Below, in pieces: positions 22,480-24,274 of a DNA stretch of 24,274 nt. Below the pieces are notes generated by a model. It was not told the DNA's origin, did no database searches, and saw only the letters and a program-made list of their open reading frames with translations. Numbering within the stretch: the stretch's first letter is position 1; each line of letters opens with the position of its first letter. Made by a program: the position numbers and the translations under genes. Source of the DNA: an uncultured bacterium (GTDB lineage Bacteria; Patescibacteriota; Minisyncoccia; Phycocordibacterales; UBA1006); NCBI GenBank assembly GCA_903920485.1, contig CAIXMG010000047.1, forward strand, positions 1 to 24,274, in the 5' to 3' direction.

Positions 22480-22968
22480 TTAGGCGGCTTCGCCTTCCAG
22501 CGATCCTTCGACATCTCGGTACATTTCGATGTTGTCGTGCTCAACGACTGCTCCTGTGAGGATTGTCCCGGCAGGTTGGTCTTTTGAGCCCATTTTCTTC
22601 TTTCGGAGAGCAATCTCTTTCTCGACCATTTCATCAGTTATGTGGAAGTCATCGTTGATGAGAAATGATTCTTTGGGATAAGGGAAAGAAAAGTTTTCAG
22701 GGTAACCCAGTTTTTTAAGGAGCAGGCCCCGTTCGGATACGGCCTCATCGAAGAAGGGTCTCAGGGTCTGAACAAAGGGAAACAGTTTTGCCTTGGGATC
22801 GATCAGCTCCTGATTCTTGCAATGAGTATGCATCCAGGCAATGATAAGCCTTGCCTTGTCATAGTGGTCCGATTGGAACGAATCCTTGGTGGATGCTAAC
22901 CCCAAGGATACCTTGTTCTTTTCCATCAGGTACATGAGCTGATAGGCTAATTTTTCAAAATTATTCAT
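22480..22968 (-). CDS. Hypothetical protein (162 aa)
   Basis: ORF between a terminator and a minus-strand TTGACA (23043-23038)-17-GACAAT promoter. A-rich leader before ATG 22968. Confidence 0.7.
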   Translation of the reverse strand: MNNFEKLAYQLMYLMEKNKVSLGLASTKDSFQSDHYDKARLIIAWMHTHCKNQELIDPKAKLFPFVQTLRPFFDEAVSERGLLLKKLGYPENFSFPYPKESFLINDDFHITDEMVEKEIALRKKKMGSKDQPAGTILTGAVVEHDNIEMYRDVEGSLEGEAA

Positions 22969-23141
22969 TTGTAGGGGTATTTTTTGTGAGTGATACAGAA
23001 TAGGTCTCAATGGGATTGTCGCTCAATTTTTAAGTACTGTCAAATTCCGTAGGGATTTCTCAACGAGAGTACCTGTGGATTTCCAAAGATGCTATAATGG
23101 CGCAAGGCATCCGACCTGTAACCCCTCGCGTGCCTTACCTT

Positions 23142-23501
23142 ATGATGAACATCAGCATGAAAGGATCCCAAATGCCGCTTACCGACGCGATCAAGGATTA
23201 CGCAACCAAAAAACTTTCCTCACTTGAAAAGATTATTCACGCGCCTGCCTATCTCCATGTCGAGATGGGCAAGCCTTCCCGCCACCACAAGGGAGGTCCT
23301 GAGGAATTCGTAACCGAGATTACGCTCGATGCCAATGGCCACATGTACTACATCGAAAGCTTTGGCGGCGACCTGTATGCCTCGATCGACACGGCAGCTC
23401 TGGAACTTGCCGAATCCGTAAAACAGGGCCGTGGCAAGCGTCACACCCTGGTCCGAAAGGGACGCATGATGCTCAAGGGCCTCATGCGCCGCGGAGCCTA
23501 G
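23142..23501 (+). CDS. hpf: Ribosome hibernation factor HPF/RaiA, short form (119 aa)
   Basis: NISMKGSQMPLTDAIKDYATKKL..LEK, F.TEITL, DLYASID.A. TGCTATAAT at 23090-23098 is the promoter -10, so ATG 23097 is not the start. Confidence 0.9.
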   Translation: MMNISMKGSQMPLTDAIKDYATKKLSSLEKIIHAPAYLHVEMGKPSRHHKGGPEEFVTEITLDANGHMYYIESFGGDLYASIDTAALELAESVKQGRGKRHTLVRKGRMMLKGLMRRGA

Positions 23502-23535
23502 TGTTCCCATCAATTATTATTTCGTAACCTGACCT

Positions 23536-24228
23536 ATGAATCAAACTGCAAAAACTATTCTTTCTATCATTGCCATCATCATCGTCGTCGTGGGCCTCGG
23601 CCTGATCCTCCGTCATGCGGGACATCGTTCCGAAACCGCGGTGTCGAACGATTCCGCGACCAGTACCCTAACAGCTAATTCAGGTTCGAGCGCATCCACA
23701 GCGATGACAGCTTCATCCGCAACTGCCACAACCACCATGGACCAGCACTACACCCAAGCAACCCTCAAGACCAATTTCGGAGACATTACTATCGCCTTTG
23801 ATCCGTCGATCGCTCCCAATACGGTTGCGAACTTCATCAAGCTTGCCTCGTCGGGGTTCTACGACTCGACCAAGTTTCACCGCGTCATTGCCGGATTCAT
23901 GATCCAGGGAGGAGATCCGCTGTCGAAGGACGACTCGCAGGAGGCGCGATGGGGAACAGGAGGTCCCGGATACCAGTTCAACGACGAGATCACTGCTGAC
24001 AGTCATAATGTTCCCGGAGCCGTCGCCATGGCGAATTCCGGTCCGAATACGAACGGTTCGCAGTTCTTCATCAACGTCGCGAACAATGCGTTCCTCGACG
24101 GGCACTACTCGGTGTTTGCGCACGTGACGTCGGGCTATGACGTTGCCGAGAAAATTAGTACCGTTAAAACGGATTCAAGCGACCGACCGGTCAGCCCTGT
24201 GATTTTGGAATCAGTGACGCTTAAGTAA
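23536..24228 (+). CDS. Cyclophilin-type peptidyl-prolyl cis-trans isomerase with N-terminal TM anchor and Ser/Thr linker
   Basis: FYDSTKFHRVIAGFMIQGGDP, GTGGPGY, AMANSGPNTNGSQFFI, LDGHYSVFA. Confidence 0.95.
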   Translation: MNQTAKTILSIIAIIIVVVGLGLILRHAGHRSETAVSNDSATSTLTANSGSSASTAMTASSATATTTMDQHYTQATLKTNFGDITIAFDPSIAPNTVANFIKLASSGFYDSTKFHRVIAGFMIQGGDPLSKDDSQEARWGTGGPGYQFNDEITADSHNVPGAVAMANSGPNTNGSQFFINVANNAFLDGHYSVFAHVTSGYDVAEKISTVKTDSSDRPVSPVILESVTLK

Positions 24229-24236
24229 TCACTATT

Positions 24237-24267
24237 AAAAAACCCTTCGACAAGCTCAGGGTTTTTT
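24237..24267 (+). terminator. Intrinsic terminator whose stem-loop is a CCCTTCGACAAGCTCAGGG palindromic unit
   Basis: AAAAAACCCT-TCGACAAGCTC-AGGGTTTTTT. Confidence 0.75.
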
Positions 24268-24274
24268 AGTTCCA

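Noticed and set aside
22465-22493. TTGACA at 22465 as a plus-strand antisense promoter
   Set aside because: No -10 hexamer at 16-18 nt spacing. Retained only as part of the inverted-repeat observation.
1-24274. CRISPR array, tRNA/rRNA, integron attC array, recoded genetic code
   Set aside because: No regularly spaced repeats, cloverleafs or RYYYAAC...GTTRRRY pairs seen. TGA terminates well-defined genes, so code 25 is not indicated.

Overview
Gene-dense bacterial window with about 30 CDS on both strands. I see no rRNA, tRNA, CRISPR array, transposase or integrase. TGA is used as a stop (e.g. 10877-10879, 17776-17778), so the code is standard. The near-absence of Shine-Dalgarno motifs, the gene content and the many orphan ORFs suggest a Patescibacteria/CPR (Parcubacteria-like) genome; this is inference only. 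Recognisable genes: SSS symporter, uppP, P-type ATPase, Cj0069-family ATP-grasp protein, cfa, a C-terminally short Rel, Nudix hydrolase, VIT1/CCC1, AI-2E, two MFS transporters, CxxC-x17-CxxC protein, DUF3761, GNAT, SAM methyltransferase, ZIP, a lysozyme-like secreted protein, hpf and a cyclophilin. Most notable observations: (1) two gene-start architectures, about 14 leaderless genes versus TTGAC(A/T/G)-promoter genes with SD-less AT-rich leaders, two of which share a similar promoter/leader/terminator shell; (2) short palindromic REP-like inserts in terminator loops and in a structured 5' leader; (3) the lysozyme-like gene unit bracketed by an imperfect inverted repeat and preceded by an isochorismatase/membrane-protein deletion scar; (4) a P-type ATPase with PQGL instead of PEGL, near cfa and with a spinster-like MFS elsewhere in the window, hinting at lipid scavenging; (5) a divergent rel-Nudix pair. 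All family assignments come from motif recognition by eye; no database search was run.
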